DNA of 64,000 nucleotides from a virus: IMG/VR virus record IMGVR_UViG_3300037504_000288; one strand, 5' to 3'. Shown piece by piece: positions 38,887 to 48,137 of this stretch (position 1 is its first letter; each line of letters starts with the position of its first letter). The notes under the pieces were generated by a model. It saw only the letters and a program-made list of their open reading frames with translations, ran no database searches and was not told where the DNA came from. The position numbers and the translations under genes were made by a program.

Positions 38887-39195
38887 ATGAACCTCGACAA
38901 AATATATAAAGATTATAATAAGACGACTAACATGAGCTTCAACGAGCTCTTGAAATGGAGTCGCGACCCGTGCAGTAGGAAAGCGAGCGTTGACCGTGAG
39001 CCTATAAAACGTAACCTCGTACTACTCGGTACTCCTAAGAACGCGTGGACAGACTGGCACGGTAAGCAGGCTAAGAAAATGCTGAGCTTCGAAGCGCGCC
39101 ATAGCGCGCAACCTGCGGGCAAGGAAGTCAAAGGCTGCGGTGTGAGCAAGCGTACCATCGCGCGTAAGAACTGGGCGGTTGACCCTAACAAGTAA
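38887..39195 (+). CDS. small basic protein C sharing the N-terminal leader (MNLDKIYKDY...)
   Basis: Third consecutive gene beginning with xDKI motif; ORF track (start trimmed to ATG 38887). Confidence 0.4.
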   Translation: MNLDKIYKDYNKTTNMSFNELLKWSRDPCSRKASVDREPIKRNLVLLGTPKNAWTDWHGKQAKKMLSFEARHSAQPAGKEVKGCGVSKRTIARKNWAVDPNK

Positions 39196-39207
39196 TTATT
39201 ATCAAAA

Positions 39208-39654
39208 ATGAGCGATTGGAAGACACATTTACGAATCGGTCTAATAACCGAAATCTTGATAGTAGCGTTATTAATAGGCGCTAGTTTGTACAACGGCACT
39301 CCTTTGGATTACAAGGAGTTATTACTTCTAATACCGCTACTGTTCGTGTCGCCGTTATTACCCGACATCGACCACAAGAGTTCTAAAATAACTACGATTG
39401 GCGTTCTAGTTTCAGTGCTCGCGGTCTGGATATTCTACTATTACAACATCGATTTCTTAGTCATACCGCTGATTGCGGCGTCTGTTATACTACTATTTTC
39501 CAACTTCACCAAGCATCGCGGTATAACGCACAGGTGGTGGTTTTATAGTATAATATATATTATATTGTTATTGACAACCAACATGTTCATTCTCACAATT
39601 ACGTCTTTTTCCGGAGTTCTATCACACCTTGTTTTGGACAAAGAATTGTTTTGA
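39208..39654 (+). CDS. integral membrane protein (4 TM) with DIDHK / HRGITH motifs (membrane-bound metal-dependent hydrolase-like)
   Basis: Hydrophobicity; LPDIDHKSSKITTIG ... KHRGITHRWW. Confidence 0.35.
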   Translation: MSDWKTHLRIGLITEILIVALLIGASLYNGTPLDYKELLLLIPLLFVSPLLPDIDHKSSKITTIGVLVSVLAVWIFYYYNIDFLVIPLIAASVILLFSNFTKHRGITHRWWFYSIIYIILLLTTNMFILTITSFSGVLSHLVLDKELF

Positions 39655-39679
39655 AACGAAAGGTTTATATATTAGTTAA
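39654..39679 (+). promoter_or_regulatory. class-1 promoter
   Basis: AAACGAAAGGTTTATATATTAGTTAA. Confidence 0.5.
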
Positions 39680-39694
39680 TATATATTTGGTCTT

Positions 39695-39814
39695 ATGAAG
39701 CGTAAAAACAAAGAAGTCGGCGTTTGCATATTTTGCGGTAACCCGACCAGTAGTAGACTTCCTGTTAAACCATTCGCGTTCTATTGTGGTTGTGAAGGTC
39801 CGCGCGCTTTGTAA
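39695..39814 (+). CDS. 39-aa zinc-ribbon mini-protein
   Basis: Not in track. MKRKNKEVGVCIFCGNPTSSRLPVKPFAFYCGCEGPRAL; start ~20 nt after TATA (leaderless). Confidence 0.35.
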   Translation: MKRKNKEVGVCIFCGNPTSSRLPVKPFAFYCGCEGPRAL

Positions 39815-39840
39815 AAACGAAACATTTATATATTAGTTAA
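39814..39840 (+). promoter_or_regulatory. class-1 promoter
   Basis: AAAACGAAACATTTATATATTAGTTAA, 38 nt upstream of 39878. Confidence 0.5.
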
Positions 39841-39877
39841 CACACACTAATTAACATAATAACGAGGTTGATATAAA

Positions 39878-40483
39878 ATGACAGACGATTTTGATGAAAA
39901 CTTTGACGACGTGATGAATGACTTCGACGGCGACGACAATGCCGCTATAGAAGAGCAGACAATGAAAGATAACGCTGAGACTGACGACCCGGTAATGGCT
40001 GGTAAGGACACTATTAAGTTCGATTTCAGCAAAGCTTCTAAGAAGACTAAACGTCCCGAGCGTGTTAATTTGAACAACGAGACCGTTGTAATCGAGGACG
40101 CGGAACTGGAAATCCCAGGGCTTAATACGGAGTGGAAGTACACGCAAAAGAGTAAAGTCCCTTACAAGGATTGTATCTTCAAGGTAGTTTACGACCGTGA
40201 CGGGCAGTACGAGTATTACTCGGGCGTTAAAGTGTTCCGGCGCGAGGATAAGACTACTGGCAAGGAAGGGTATTCGGAACCGTCGATTGATAATAACGGT
40301 AAGACTCAAGCTACCATGCTCAAGAAGGCGTACGCGGAGTTCAAAGGTAAGAGGATGGAAGAGGTTAGCAACTACGAGTTTTTGAACTATCTCAAGTCCA
40401 AGCCTAAAGCCGTGCTCGAATGGAAAGGGTTCGAGTGGGACAATAAAACCACGTATAAGAACATGGTCAAGAAGTTCGTTTAA
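39878..40483 (+). CDS. hypothetical protein with acidic N-terminus (201 aa)
   Basis: SD gaggtt; ORF track. Confidence 0.5.
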   Translation: MTDDFDENFDDVMNDFDGDDNAAIEEQTMKDNAETDDPVMAGKDTIKFDFSKASKKTKRPERVNLNNETVVIEDAELEIPGLNTEWKYTQKSKVPYKDCIFKVVYDRDGQYEYYSGVKVFRREDKTTGKEGYSEPSIDNNGKTQATMLKKAYAEFKGKRMEEVSNYEFLNYLKSKPKAVLEWKGFEWDNKTTYKNMVKKFV

Positions 40484-40500
40484 TTTTTTTTTCTTTTTGT
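40484..40500 (+). terminator. oligo-T terminator
   Basis: tttttttttctttttgtt right after stop. Confidence 0.4.
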
Positions 40501-40699
40501 TTGAAGGTGAAAAAAATAATGTTAGCCATAGATTTTAAGCGAAAATTTTTGAAGGATGACACCGTTAAAAAGATGGCAGTGCTTGCAGTCCGTAAGAACA
40601 ACGGTTTCGATTATTGGTTCCATGTTCAAGACCATCATGAATTGCCTGATGATAGTGAATATGATATTTTGTTGACAAGGGTTTAGAAGGTGTAGTGAA

Positions 40700-40897
40700 A
40701 TGTTAGACGAAAGCAAGATTAATAAAATGATTGAAGAAACGACAATACAGAGTGAGGAGACGCGACGCGTGTTCGGTAAAGAGATTTACCAAAAACGGTT
40801 CAAGCCGGTCTATGAAGGTTACCTAACAGCGTTGTGTACCGTGCTTGAGATGGAAGACGACGAGAAGACTAACATCATAAAAAGCTATCGGAAGTGA
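40700..40897 (+). CDS. hypothetical small protein (65 aa)
   Basis: SD gaaggtg; ORF track. Confidence 0.4.
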   Translation: MLDESKINKMIEETTIQSEETRRVFGKEIYQKRFKPVYEGYLTALCTVLEMEDDEKTNIIKSYRK

Positions 40898-40906
40898 ACG
40901 TTTATA

Positions 40907-41182
40907 ATGGCGAGAAGTTTCTTGAAGCTGAGAACAACGGGTGATTTAGTATTAATGATTTGTATAATACTAATATTGACGTTAGTAGTATCTACTATTG
41001 TTGAGATTATCGATAGAAACAGCCCATTAAGGTTTTGCAAGGAACACGGTTATAATGATATCAAAAATTACAAGTGTATCACTATAGAAGATAATACAGT
41101 CATTAACCAATCGAGCAAGTTCGAGTGCGGTGAGGTCGCTAGAGGCTTGAGAGGTCGAGAGTGCTGGTTTGAAAATCATTGA
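40907..41182 (+). CDS. small membrane protein (91 aa)
   Basis: LVLMICIILILTLVVSTIV TM helix. Confidence 0.4.
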   Translation: MARSFLKLRTTGDLVLMICIILILTLVVSTIVEIIDRNSPLRFCKEHGYNDIKNYKCITIEDNTVINQSSKFECGEVARGLRGRECWFENH

Positions 41183-41211
41183 GAGAGTTCGTAATTTTGG
41201 GGTAAGAAAAA

Positions 41212-41412
41212 ATGAATAGTAAGAATGTCGACGCTAGAGATATACTTATGGAGTTCCAACGATTGTTAGAGAAAGAATTAGAAGCTGAAGATTATCGTAA
41301 GGTATTGTTGAAGTGCCAGAGTGAAGGAGGTACTCACAATTTGCAGAGTGAGATTGACGAGGCTATTAAGAAATATGGTGATAGTGGTTTGAGTATGGAT
41401 GAGGAGTATTAA
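41212..41412 (+). CDS. hypothetical small protein (66 aa)
   Basis: ORF track. Confidence 0.4.
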   Translation: MNSKNVDARDILMEFQRLLEKELEAEDYRKVLLKCQSEGGTHNLQSEIDEAIKKYGDSGLSMDEEY

Positions 41413-41719
41413 GATGGAGAACAAGCAATATTGTAATAATTGTAACAAGGATTTAGAATTTTGGACTCCTGTAGTGGTTACACATTGTTATGGTAGCGAG
41501 CGTGACGCCGAGAGGCATATTTTCTGCAGTACAAAGTGTTGCAGTGAGTATTATGAGAATGATGATAGAGTGAAGGCACAAGTGAAAGAATCTTATAACG
41601 ATGGTTATTTCCAAGCATTGTCAGACCATGATATACTATATGGTGATAGTGTTGATAATTTTTTGTATAATATGAAAAGAGTAGAGAAGGAAACTGATGA
41701 TAAGGCTGAAGGTGAATAA
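41399..41719 (+). CDS. zinc-finger protein (106 aa)
   Basis: CNNCNKDLEF...HCYGSE...HIFCSTKCC. Confidence 0.4.
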   Translation: MRSIKMENKQYCNNCNKDLEFWTPVVVTHCYGSERDAERHIFCSTKCCSEYYENDDRVKAQVKESYNDGYFQALSDHDILYGDSVDNFLYNMKRVEKETDDKAEGE

Positions 41720-41801
41720 CCAAACGGTTCAAATGACCTGAGCAAAGAGAGAAAGTATCTTAACACTAAATAGGTTACTGTTAATGGCGTAATTAGAAAA
41801 C

Positions 41802-44261
41802 TTGACGAGATTGAAATATGATAAAAAAATGGAAAAACTTAACAAGCCTACATCGTACTCGCAGAACACCCTGTTCATAGAATGTCCTAGGACGTGGTAC
41901 TTAAAGAAAGTGCTTGGCGTTCCAGGCGAGGAGGACTTGAAGTATGCGCATCGAGGTAGCGTCGTGCATTACACCATAGAAGAGTATTATAAGAAAGGTT
42001 ACACTGAAATTAACGAGTCGTTAAAAGAGTATTTCAGAGACCAATGGTACAAGCATAATCTCGATAAAACAAGCCTCAAGACGCAATACGATAATAGCTG
42101 GCGGATGGTCGAGAACGGTATAGGTTACGGGCTTAACATCACCGACGTCGAGGAGGAGTTAGTGTTCGATGACGCTAGAGGGTTCATTGACGCTGGCGAT
42201 AAGGACAACCTTATCATAACCGATTGGAAGACTAGCACGCGCTCGGAGCATAACGAGAAGAGTTACAAGGCGCAACTTATTTATTACGCGTGGTTATATT
42301 ATCGCAAGCATGGTGTTATACTCAAAAAAGCACAAGTAAAATATTTGAAGTACTCGGACGAGAGGTCGACACTGAGCGTCCGGCCGACGCTCGCCGCTAT
42401 CAAGAAGGCCGAAGCTTGGAACCGGAGGGTGAGGGCTAAGATGGAGTACTACCTTAATAACCCCGACAAGCTACCATGTTTCAACAGGGATTATTTTTTC
42501 TCGCCGTACAAGCATTTGTTCGGCACTGACCAGGACATCGGCAATGTTAACGTGCTGACCGTGAGACACCAAGGTCATTATTTGAAGCTCGAAGGCGCGA
42601 TACCAAAAAGAATGGTCGCACTCATAGACAACGAGTTCCAGTATACTAAGAAGGACGCTTATTATATTAGGAGACGTAACCCTAACGCTAACACTGAAGT
42701 GCATTTTTATAATAAAAATAAGGATAAAATACCGGCAGGGTTTAAACCGAGGCTTGCAAAGATTATAAAAAAATTCCAGAAAGAAAATAATTCATCAATC
42801 AAGATTAATTATGTTGATGAACGACAGTTTAATGGGACGACTATCGAGTACCCGAGCGCGCTCAAGGACATTCAACTCAGGGATTATCAGCAGCGACTGA
42901 GCGACCTTGTCGTGAAAAACCCAGGGTATTGGATGGTGGAACTAGCGACCGGTGGCGGTAAGAGTTACGTGATAGTTGACATCATACGACGCCTGCGATG
43001 CAAGACGTTAGTAGTGGTTGATAAGATAGAATTATTGGAGCAGTTGAAGCGTGATTTCGAAGGTCAGCTGGGTGTTAAAGTCGGCGTTATCAACAGCGAA
43101 GCTTTCGAGTACGAGGATTTGACAATAGCGTCGATACAAACGTTGCGAAAACGGCTGAACGTTAACGAAAGGGTTAATGATGTCGTCAACCGAATTAAGG
43201 GTTCGAGGTTCGATTATTATAACGAACAAGTTTTGAAAGTCGAACCCCCTACTAGCGAGCTCATAAAAGAACTGAAAGAAAAGAGTAAGGAAACGTTCGC
43301 GTATAAAAAGAACAAGTATGTGAAGGCGCGCGACAAGTTTTTCAAGAGGTACCAGTTAACGACCTCTGAGCAGCAACAAGTTGCCGAGCAGAAGCGAAGG
43401 TTCGTGAGCGAGAAAAAAGAGTTACAGGAGTACTTGGGCACCGTGCGCGTTTGGATAACTGACGAGGCGCACAAGATAGCCGCTTATAGTTATTATACGT
43501 TGGGCCGAGAACTTAATAACACCGAGTACCGGCTAGGGTTCACAGGCACGGCGTATCGTGACGACGGTAACGATATGATGATAACAGCTGTTTCAGGTTA
43601 TAAGATATACTCGCACGGTAGCGAAGAGCTTATTAAGGACGGCGTGTTGATGAACCCTGACATAGTGTTCGTCAAGTACGACATGCCGGCCGAGTACGCC
43701 TTGGAGTTGAATAATAAGTCGATGTCAGGGTTGATTAACGAGACGCCGAATTATATGAGGTTTTACGAGAACTTCGTTGTTAAGAACAAGGTTCGTAACA
43801 AGGTCATCGAACGGCTTGTTGACAAGGAATGTGGTAAACAAACGTTGATAGTGGTGAAGTACATCGAGCACGGCGAATATTTGCAAGGGGTGGTCGAGGG
43901 CGCTGAGTACTTGAACGGTAAGACGCCGAAGAAACAGCGTGCTAATATGATAGAACGTTTCAAGAACGGCGAGCTTAAGGTTCTAATATCGACAATCTCA
44001 ATATTCGCGGAAGGTATCAACGTGCCGAACCTGGAGGTTATTATTAACGCGTCCGCTAACTCCGGCGACGTCAAGACGGTGCAGTTACTAGGCCGGTTGT
44101 TGAGGAAGCTCGATGGCAAGGTCGAGGTTACAATGTACGATTTTGTCGATACAGAAAAGTTTTTCAAGACAGCTAGTTATAACAGGCTTAACCGGTACGT
44201 CAAGTCAGGGCATGATATCAACGTTGTAGACGCAGAATATTTGAATGGAGGCGAAATATAA
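41802..44261 (+). CDS. PD-(D/E)xK (RecB/Cas4-like) nuclease fused to SF2 DEAH helicase (819 aa)
   Basis: N-part: ...FIDAGDKDNLIITDWKTS...YKAQLIYYAW (D..(D/E)xK..QxxxY); helicase I ELATGGGKSYV, II WITDEAHKIAA, III FTGTAYRDDGN, VI LLGRLLRK. TTG start at 41802 per track; ATG at 41829 is an alternative. Confidence 0.6.
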   Translation: MTRLKYDKKMEKLNKPTSYSQNTLFIECPRTWYLKKVLGVPGEEDLKYAHRGSVVHYTIEEYYKKGYTEINESLKEYFRDQWYKHNLDKTSLKTQYDNSWRMVENGIGYGLNITDVEEELVFDDARGFIDAGDKDNLIITDWKTSTRSEHNEKSYKAQLIYYAWLYYRKHGVILKKAQVKYLKYSDERSTLSVRPTLAAIKKAEAWNRRVRAKMEYYLNNPDKLPCFNRDYFFSPYKHLFGTDQDIGNVNVLTVRHQGHYLKLEGAIPKRMVALIDNEFQYTKKDAYYIRRRNPNANTEVHFYNKNKDKIPAGFKPRLAKIIKKFQKENNSSIKINYVDERQFNGTTIEYPSALKDIQLRDYQQRLSDLVVKNPGYWMVELATGGGKSYVIVDIIRRLRCKTLVVVDKIELLEQLKRDFEGQLGVKVGVINSEAFEYEDLTIASIQTLRKRLNVNERVNDVVNRIKGSRFDYYNEQVLKVEPPTSELIKELKEKSKETFAYKKNKYVKARDKFFKRYQLTTSEQQQVAEQKRRFVSEKKELQEYLGTVRVWITDEAHKIAAYSYYTLGRELNNTEYRLGFTGTAYRDDGNDMMITAVSGYKIYSHGSEELIKDGVLMNPDIVFVKYDMPAEYALELNNKSMSGLINETPNYMRFYENFVVKNKVRNKVIERLVDKECGKQTLIVVKYIEHGEYLQGVVEGAEYLNGKTPKKQRANMIERFKNGELKVLISTISIFAEGINVPNLEVIINASANSGDVKTVQLLGRLLRKLDGKVEVTMYDFVDTEKFFKTASYNRLNRYVKSGHDINVVDAEYLNGGEI

Positions 44262-44563
44262 TGGTATGGAGTAATTATTTGGTTAACGACGAGTTGCGAG
44301 TGGCAATCGACGTCGGCAAGTTCGACTATGAGGACTGTTACGACGACTTGAGCGATAACTTTCGAGAACTAGAAATGTATCTTAGCAATGATACTCATGC
44401 GCCGGTAAAAATGGAAGTTGTCAAATACATACTGGACAAGATAGTAACATTCGACCCGAACAGGTTATTGTATAACTTGTTCATGAACAAGCACGGTGGC
44501 GACTGGTACATCAAGCACGAGCCGGACATGGATAAAAACGATTACACAATAATCTCAAGGTAG
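44261..44563 (+). CDS. hypothetical protein (100 aa)
   Basis: ORF track; TAATG coupling with upstream gene. Confidence 0.45.
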   Translation: MVWSNYLVNDELRVAIDVGKFDYEDCYDDLSDNFRELEMYLSNDTHAPVKMEVVKYILDKIVTFDPNRLLYNLFMNKHGGDWYIKHEPDMDKNDYTIISR

Positions 44564-44565
44564 GT

Positions 44566-44593
44566 CAAAACGAAAAATTTATATATTAGTTAA
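44566..44593 (+). promoter_or_regulatory. class-1 promoter
   Basis: CAAAACGAAAAATTTATATATTAGTTAA. Confidence 0.5.
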
Positions 44594-44664
44594 TGTTAAC
44601 TAATTAATAAATAGAAAAAAGTATTATATAATATTTTTTTAGAATCGAAAAAAACTAACGGAGG

Positions 44665-44853
44665 ATGAATGGAAAAATGCCTAATATAACAACAACATTA
44701 TATGTTAGCGACGAAGATTATGTTAACAAGTACGAGCCCAACAAGGACAAGATTCTAAAGCGTATGAGGGATATCATGCGCGAGGAGATGGGTATTTCTA
44801 AGAATGACAAGCGTCTTTCTAAGAACAAGAAGAATGATAAAAAAGTGGAATAA
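44665..44853 (+). CDS. small basic protein (62 aa)
   Basis: SD ggagga; ORF track. Confidence 0.4.
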   Translation: MNGKMPNITTTLYVSDEDYVNKYEPNKDKILKRMRDIMREEMGISKNDKRLSKNKKNDKKVE

Positions 44854-44866
44854 GAGGTGGAATGGT

Positions 44867-45568
44867 ATGAAGATTGAGAAAGAAGTCATGACGGATTTTT
44901 TGACAAAAGCGCGGATGGAAGAGTTGCAGAAAGCATTGTTGCAGTTCACCGACGAAGGAATGGTGCTAGCAGCGCAAGACGTTGCTAACGTGAAAGTAGT
45001 GTACGGGCTTTTGAAAAAGGAAGCTTTCAAAGAGTACACAGCGGTCGGCAATGTGGGAGTGGACGAGCTGGACAGCATTATTAAAATATTCAAGAAGATG
45101 GACGACGTTTTAGAAATAACCGTCGAGGGTAACTTGATGACGGTGAGCGGTAAGAAACGGAAAGTCGGCATCGAACTGACCGACGAGAAGTTCATAGATA
45201 ACGTCGTTGAAAAGCCAGGGTTCGAGCCGGAGACGCGATGCGACGTTGATGTTAAAGAAGTACACGAGTTTATCAACGACATAAACGTCAACGCTGACAC
45301 GAGAATAATATTCAACACTGTGAAGAACGGTCTTATACTGAAGAATCGTAAGAGTGACAAGTACAAGTTCGAGAAGAACGTGGAAGCGCCGGGCGCGAAA
45401 GAAGGTTTTAAGAGCAAGTTCGGAGCGCCGCTGGTGAAAGCGCTGAACGGTTTCAAAAAAGGAGTGGTCAACCTAGGAATAGGCACTGACGCGCCGATTG
45501 TGATAACTGAGGATTCTGAAACTCAGCAAATGACGATACTGGTAGCGCCGCAAATCGATACGGAGTGA
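44867..45568 (+). CDS. pcna: PCNA-like sliding clamp (233 aa)
   Basis: Length, position next to RFC, N-terminal pattern LTKARMEELQKALLQFTDEGMVLAAQDVANVKVVYGLLKKEAFKEYTA resembling PCNA domain 1. SD gaggtgg; track start 44804 rejected. Confidence 0.5.
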   Translation: MKIEKEVMTDFLTKARMEELQKALLQFTDEGMVLAAQDVANVKVVYGLLKKEAFKEYTAVGNVGVDELDSIIKIFKKMDDVLEITVEGNLMTVSGKKRKVGIELTDEKFIDNVVEKPGFEPETRCDVDVKEVHEFINDINVNADTRIIFNTVKNGLILKNRKSDKYKFEKNVEAPGAKEGFKSKFGAPLVKALNGFKKGVVNLGIGTDAPIVITEDSETQQMTILVAPQIDTE

Positions 45569-45577
45569 GGGGTCAAA

Positions 45578-45748
45578 ATGGTGGATAAATATAAGGTTAT
45601 TTCAGAACCTTCGAAGTTGAAGTTTGAAGAAGCGCTTAACAAAGTCAAAGCTTCAATAGTATCAATGTCAAACGTTGCGACGACGACCTTCAAAGACGAG
45701 GAATGTAACGATTGCGTGATGTACACTGTCGTTGTAACTATTAATTGA
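45578..45748 (+). CDS. 56-aa hypothetical protein
   Basis: Not in track; SD ggagtgagggg; fills gap between PCNA and RFC. Confidence 0.3.
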   Translation: MVDKYKVISEPSKLKFEEALNKVKASIVSMSNVATTTFKDEECNDCVMYTVVVTIN

Positions 45749-45792
45749 ATTTTTTTTATAATTTTAACTAATTTTACAAAGAGGAATGTTTT

Positions 45793-46686
45793 ATGAACCC
45801 GAAAGATAGTATGTGGACTGAGAAGTATAGGCCTAAGAGAGTGGCAGAAGTCGTTGGCGAATCTAAAAATCTCATCATGAAATATCTTGAAGAACCGCAA
45901 ACAATGCAACACTTGTTATTATACTCAATAACGCCAGGTGTTGGGAAGACGACCGTTGCGAAAGCGATAATTAACGAGCTCGGAGCAGACTACCTGTTCC
46001 TGAACTCGTCCAAGGACCGGAAGATTGAGACGGTCAGGGATAAGATATCTAACTTCGTCCAGACTAAATCTTCAAAGGAAGGGCTTCGAAGAGTAGTGTT
46101 CCTTGACGAGGCTGACGGGCTGACAGCGGCGGCGCAGGACTCGTTAAGAGAGCTCATGGAAAGCTATTCTAGCAACGCGTTATTCATACTAACGTGCAAC
46201 GTGAAGAGCAAGATTATAAAACCTATACAGTCAAGGTGTGTGAGCGTGCAGTTTTCGACTCCTGATAAGACAGAAATACGCGAGTTTCTGAGAAAGATTG
46301 CCGAAGCCGAACAGCTCGAGTACACGAGCGAAGGGTTGGACAAGCTAATAGAAGATAACTATCCGAGCATTAGGAACTGCGTGCAAGTGATGCAAAGGTT
46401 GAAGGTCGAGGGTAAAAGTTTAAAGGCTCACGAAAACCTTAACAGCGACGAGGAGTTCCAAGCTTTATGGAAGTCTATTAGCGAAAAGGACCGTAAACCG
46501 GTACAGTCGTACGTTATGACTAACGACGTTGATATAAGGAGTCTTAACAAGTTCTTCTGGGCGAAAGCTGTCGAGACGGATAATGTTAGGATGATTCAAA
46601 TAACCGCTAGTAACGAGCATAAGTTCACGCAAGGCGGTGAGGAGATTGTAATATTCGTGACGTCGCTGATTGAAATGGTGAAGTAA
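45793..46686 (+). CDS. rfcS: replication factor C small-subunit-like clamp loader (AAA+)
   Basis: WTEKYRPKRVAEVVG (RFC box II), Walker A TPGVGKTT, Walker B VFLDEADGL (DEAD), SRC motif IQSRCVSVQF. Confidence 0.75.
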   Translation: MNPKDSMWTEKYRPKRVAEVVGESKNLIMKYLEEPQTMQHLLLYSITPGVGKTTVAKAIINELGADYLFLNSSKDRKIETVRDKISNFVQTKSSKEGLRRVVFLDEADGLTAAAQDSLRELMESYSSNALFILTCNVKSKIIKPIQSRCVSVQFSTPDKTEIREFLRKIAEAEQLEYTSEGLDKLIEDNYPSIRNCVQVMQRLKVEGKSLKAHENLNSDEEFQALWKSISEKDRKPVQSYVMTNDVDIRSLNKFFWAKAVETDNVRMIQITASNEHKFTQGGEEIVIFVTSLIEMVK

Positions 46687-47196
46687 ATGGATATTAATTA
46701 CTTACTCAACAAGCTTATGATGGAGCCGAGTTCAAGGTTTATTCTCGAGCTTGACGAGAAGGACATCCCTAGTCCTGTAGTGTTACAAAGGTTTCTAATG
46801 CAGAATATCAACTCTCCGAAGAAACTCCAGATACTCAACAGGTTCGTGTACAAGGTGCCTAAACAAATGTATTTATCGATAGTCTGGAGCCTGATGTTTG
46901 TAAACGGTGAGAAGTATAATAAGAAGCATTACTTCAAATATTTGAAACCTGAACAAGAGTTCGAGAAGTACAAAGTCATCCATGATAAGATTAAAGAACA
47001 GTATGATATTCCAGAACGAGACTTCGAGACGGTGAGAGCGTTCGTTGATAAGAGCATAGAACGCGATAAGAGCGAGTGGTTCTCGTACTACGCTATTAAG
47101 AAGAGCGAGTGGTATAATAACGATGTCGACTACGAGCTTATTAAGAAGACTGTAGAACGACCTGTTGAGAAACAAGGGCTTAGTAAATGGTTCTAA
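46687..47196 (+). CDS. hypothetical protein (169 aa), translationally coupled to RFC (TAAATG)
   Basis: ORF track. Confidence 0.45.
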   Translation: MDINYLLNKLMMEPSSRFILELDEKDIPSPVVLQRFLMQNINSPKKLQILNRFVYKVPKQMYLSIVWSLMFVNGEKYNKKHYFKYLKPEQEFEKYKVIHDKIKEQYDIPERDFETVRAFVDKSIERDKSEWFSYYAIKKSEWYNNDVDYELIKKTVERPVEKQGLSKWF

Positions 47197-47208
47197 GGTG
47201 GTACTTTT

Positions 47209-47538
47209 ATGAAAACAGATTATAAACAAATAACGATACCTGATTATTTAGTGTTGATGAAATGGGTTAAGAACGAGGGCAAGTGCGCGTTCGACCTGTT
47301 CAAGGAGTTGAACATATCGTACAACCACTTACACTATTTAAAACACTCGTGTATCGAGCTAGGCTGGGTGTACACCAAGCGCGTTTACAACAGGGATAAC
47401 ATATACCTCACCGAGAAAGGGCGTCGTATTGTAGCTATCGCAGAATCATTATTCGAAGAGATGGGGTTTGACGATGAGAAGATAATAAACTATGTTAAGC
47501 GTAACAAGCATTTGAATAAGCGAGGCGTTCGTTCATGA
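47209..47538 (+). CDS. putative winged-helix DNA-binding protein (109 aa)
   Basis: LKHSCIELGWVYTKRVYNRDNIYLTEKGRRIV resembles wHTH recognition helix + wing. Confidence 0.35.
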   Translation: MKTDYKQITIPDYLVLMKWVKNEGKCAFDLFKELNISYNHLHYLKHSCIELGWVYTKRVYNRDNIYLTEKGRRIVAIAESLFEEMGFDDEKIINYVKRNKHLNKRGVRS

Positions 47539-48137
47539 AACTTAGAGAGACTAAAGTTAGCTTTTTGAAAACTGTTAATATAGGAAAACGAGCTTATATA
47601 ATAACGGTTTGCAAGGACGGCTTCGAAGCAGACCTTGAAGAGATAGCCGGCGAATGCTCGGCTTACAACGCTTGCGAGATTAGAGGAGTTGACGGCACAG
47701 ACCCTTTCGACTACAAGAGTTGCGTGTCGGAACTTTGTAAACTGTTAAAAAAGTATAATCCAGAGGTGAAAATCGTAATTCACACTAACGGGTACGTTAA
47801 GCCTACTGGCATGAACTCGCTAAGCAACGTAGTGTACGTTATTAAATGCAAGCTTAAGAACAGCGGCGTTGATTACAAGTTGCGGGTTAACGAGAATAGC
47901 TGGGGCTGGTTCGCTAAGCAAGATAGCATGTTCGTGTTCGAGATGATTAGCGACGAGGAGCTCGACGAGGTTAACATGCTAATACTAGAATTGCAGATTA
48001 ACAAGGATAAAGTTTACATACCGCCTTTGAAGAGCGAACATGGCAATGTTGAAAAAATGTATTATTTAATAATGCATAACGGGTTCAACGTTTTCGTAGA
48101 GTACGGGGGTGAGTGGTTTGGAAGAGGTCAATCGTAG
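47535..48137 (+). CDS. hypothetical protein (200 aa)
   Basis: ORF track; ATGA overlap. Confidence 0.45.
   Translation: MKLRETKVSFLKTVNIGKRAYIITVCKDGFEADLEEIAGECSAYNACEIRGVDGTDPFDYKSCVSELCKLLKKYNPEVKIVIHTNGYVKPTGMNSLSNVVYVIKCKLKNSGVDYKLRVNENSWGWFAKQDSMFVFEMISDEELDEVNMLILELQINKDKVYIPPLKSEHGNVEKMYYLIMHNGFNVFVEYGGEWFGRGQS

Noticed and set aside
47535-48137. Radical-SAM / QueE-like assignment for the 200-aa Cys-containing protein
   Set aside because: No CxxxCxxC cluster is present. Cysteines are scattered (CSAYNAC ... SCVSELC). Left as hypothetical.
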